The notes beneath the pieces are model-generated. The model worked only from the letters and a program-made list of their open reading frames with translations. It was not told the DNA's origin and made no database searches. Below, piece by piece: positions 62,099 to 64,000 of a DNA stretch of 64,000 nucleotides; positions within the stretch are counted from its first letter, which is position 1, and each line of letters starts with the position of its first letter. Made by a program: the position numbers and the translations under genes. Origin of the DNA: Octopus bimaculoides (taxonomy: Eukaryota). The stretch lies in contig NC_068987.1 of NCBI RefSeq assembly GCF_001194135.2, positions 99,462,678 to 99,526,677 of the forward strand, read 5' to 3'.

Positions 62099-64000
62099 GA
62101 TCATCAGCATTTCCTTCATTTCTTGACTGCAGGAAATAAAATGTAAATGCTTACTGTCACTGTGATAAGGCAAAATACGTTAAGGAACCTAGATACAAAA
62201 CTACATAGAACAATGAAACGTAGTAGCTTACATTTAAAGAGGAAATTTGAAGTAAGCACCGACACATTTACCACCTGCATACCAAGGTGTATAGAAGTGT
62301 ACTTTACGTGCCCAAATGTATGGCGCTGGGCGGTAATGCTAGGAGTTGTACAGACAACAGATGAGACAAATTCTAGTATATTTACCTTTTATTCTCTGCA
62401 TTATATAGTTCAGATCATTATCTATATAGGTGTAGTAAACTTTTGTGAAAAAATAAAATTTAATATTTATACGGAGTTAGACATTCTGTAATTCTAGGAT
62501 CCAATAACAAGTTGGATTGTAAGTTAAAGACGTTGTTCTATACTCCCCAGTACTTTATTATAGGAAACAGATCACTGACGCAATGTTTTTGGTATTAATT
62601 ATCTGAAAGAACAAAGTTTGGCACTCCCGGAAAATATTGTTGATTAAATCGTTGTAATAAATCTCTTCACAGCTTTCAGTTTTGCCCTGTGATTGTTGAC
62701 TAACATATAAATGTGCGTTTCCATGTTTTGTAGGAATAATATTTGGAGTTAATTTCATTATATGCCATATCTAGTAATTTCACAATTTTAAGCTTTAAAT
62801 TTCCATGGGTTTTCAGCTATTTATGATATGTTTTTCAAAGATATAATTTTTATCAAAATTTACAGTGTGATAATGGTTATGTTTCTAATTCACGTGAATT
62901 CGTCTTATCTAAAGAATAAACTTTCAAGTATATCAATTTAACAATCTACTTTCCATACTTCAAAATGTATCTTGAACAATGTTTTCTTCAAAGGATAAGT
63001 TAAACTTGAGTCTAGATAGTTTCATTATAATGTAAAGCATGAAAATATTTTAATTTTCACTTTTTATAACGGTTTTCATATTAGAGACGAACCATAATAT
63101 ATTTTCATATTAGAGATTAACCATAATATATTATGTGAAAATACAAAATTCTTCAAGAGTTTTATTTACAATCATGAATTTACAATCATTAGTTTAACGC
63201 ATTATTTCAAAGGAATAAATCTGAAGCCGACATAATTATGCTTATATTTATAAATGTTCAGCGCAGGCATCTCTATCGGGTTTAGTCGTGTGTATTTGTC
63301 TAAAAGAAATTGTTTATATAGCTATTTCCGAAAGGTTACTAAAAGTCACTTGGAACAACAGATTCAACATTATCTGTTCTGTCGCGTAATTTACGTTCGA
63401 CAGCAAAATTTAAAGCCGATTTGAACTTAATTCCAAAAATTCAACGTATGCTTTGTAGGCGTTTCGTATAAAATTAGAAAAATATATTATGGGTTTATTT
63501 ATCAATTTCATAAGTTTCACTCGTTTCTGAAAGAAAGAATATATTAAATCTTCTTTATTATTTGTATAATTTTTTCGAACATTTCTTACTGAAGCTTCTT
63601 AAATTTGCTTTCTTTTAATCACTTTTTATATTAGAATACATTGTTTCAATTGTGTAATTATCAGTCTTAAATTTATATGAACTCAGTTGCTATGTTTTGT
63701 TTTGTAAAAGAGACGTATCAGGTAAACATTTTTGGGAGGAACCGAAACGTTTTCTTTTTGAATTGGGGCGCAACATGTATAGACTTGATACAACTGCAAC
63801 GTATGTAGATTTGGAAGGTTGTGATCTCCGTATGGTCGACAAGTTTGCGCTGTAAATGACATTTTTTTCTTTAGAAGAAACGTCAAATGAATTAAAAGCT
63901 CATTATGTAAGAAAGATGAAGAATTTTTAATATAGTCAAAAATAAACACAAACCCAAATGTTCTACACGTACATACGAAAACTCTGAAATGGAAAAAAAT

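Overview
AT-rich, microsatellite-dense eukaryotic DNA with 14 N-gaps. It is not prokaryotic: there are no operons, rRNA, true tRNA genes or CRISPR arrays. The SINE families and repeat texture resemble an Octopus genome (inference from recognition, not a search). No complete host protein-coding gene is supported, and almost all ORF-track entries are gap or microsatellite artefacts. The window holds decayed mobile elements: one full-length Tc1 with TIRs, several mariners (one full-length with TIRs and TA target duplication), Helitron relics, RTE and Tx1/L1-clade LINE fragments, a Penelope-like (PLE) relic and SINEs. The most interesting observations are: (1) several hammerhead-ribozyme motifs of different sequence families, the best a near-complete type I hammerhead on the minus strand at 23890-23995; (2) a Tx1-like LINE with an inverted 5' half, a duplicated breakpoint and an inverted copy of nearby flank, resembling twin priming; (3) a TA-flanked composite of two different mariner 5' ends facing each other; (4) a Helitron whose N-terminus is fused directly to the helicase C-terminus; (5) long foldback repeats of one family; (6) a weak candidate spliced minus-strand transcript with a 21-nt micro-exon. 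All alignments and folds were done by eye.
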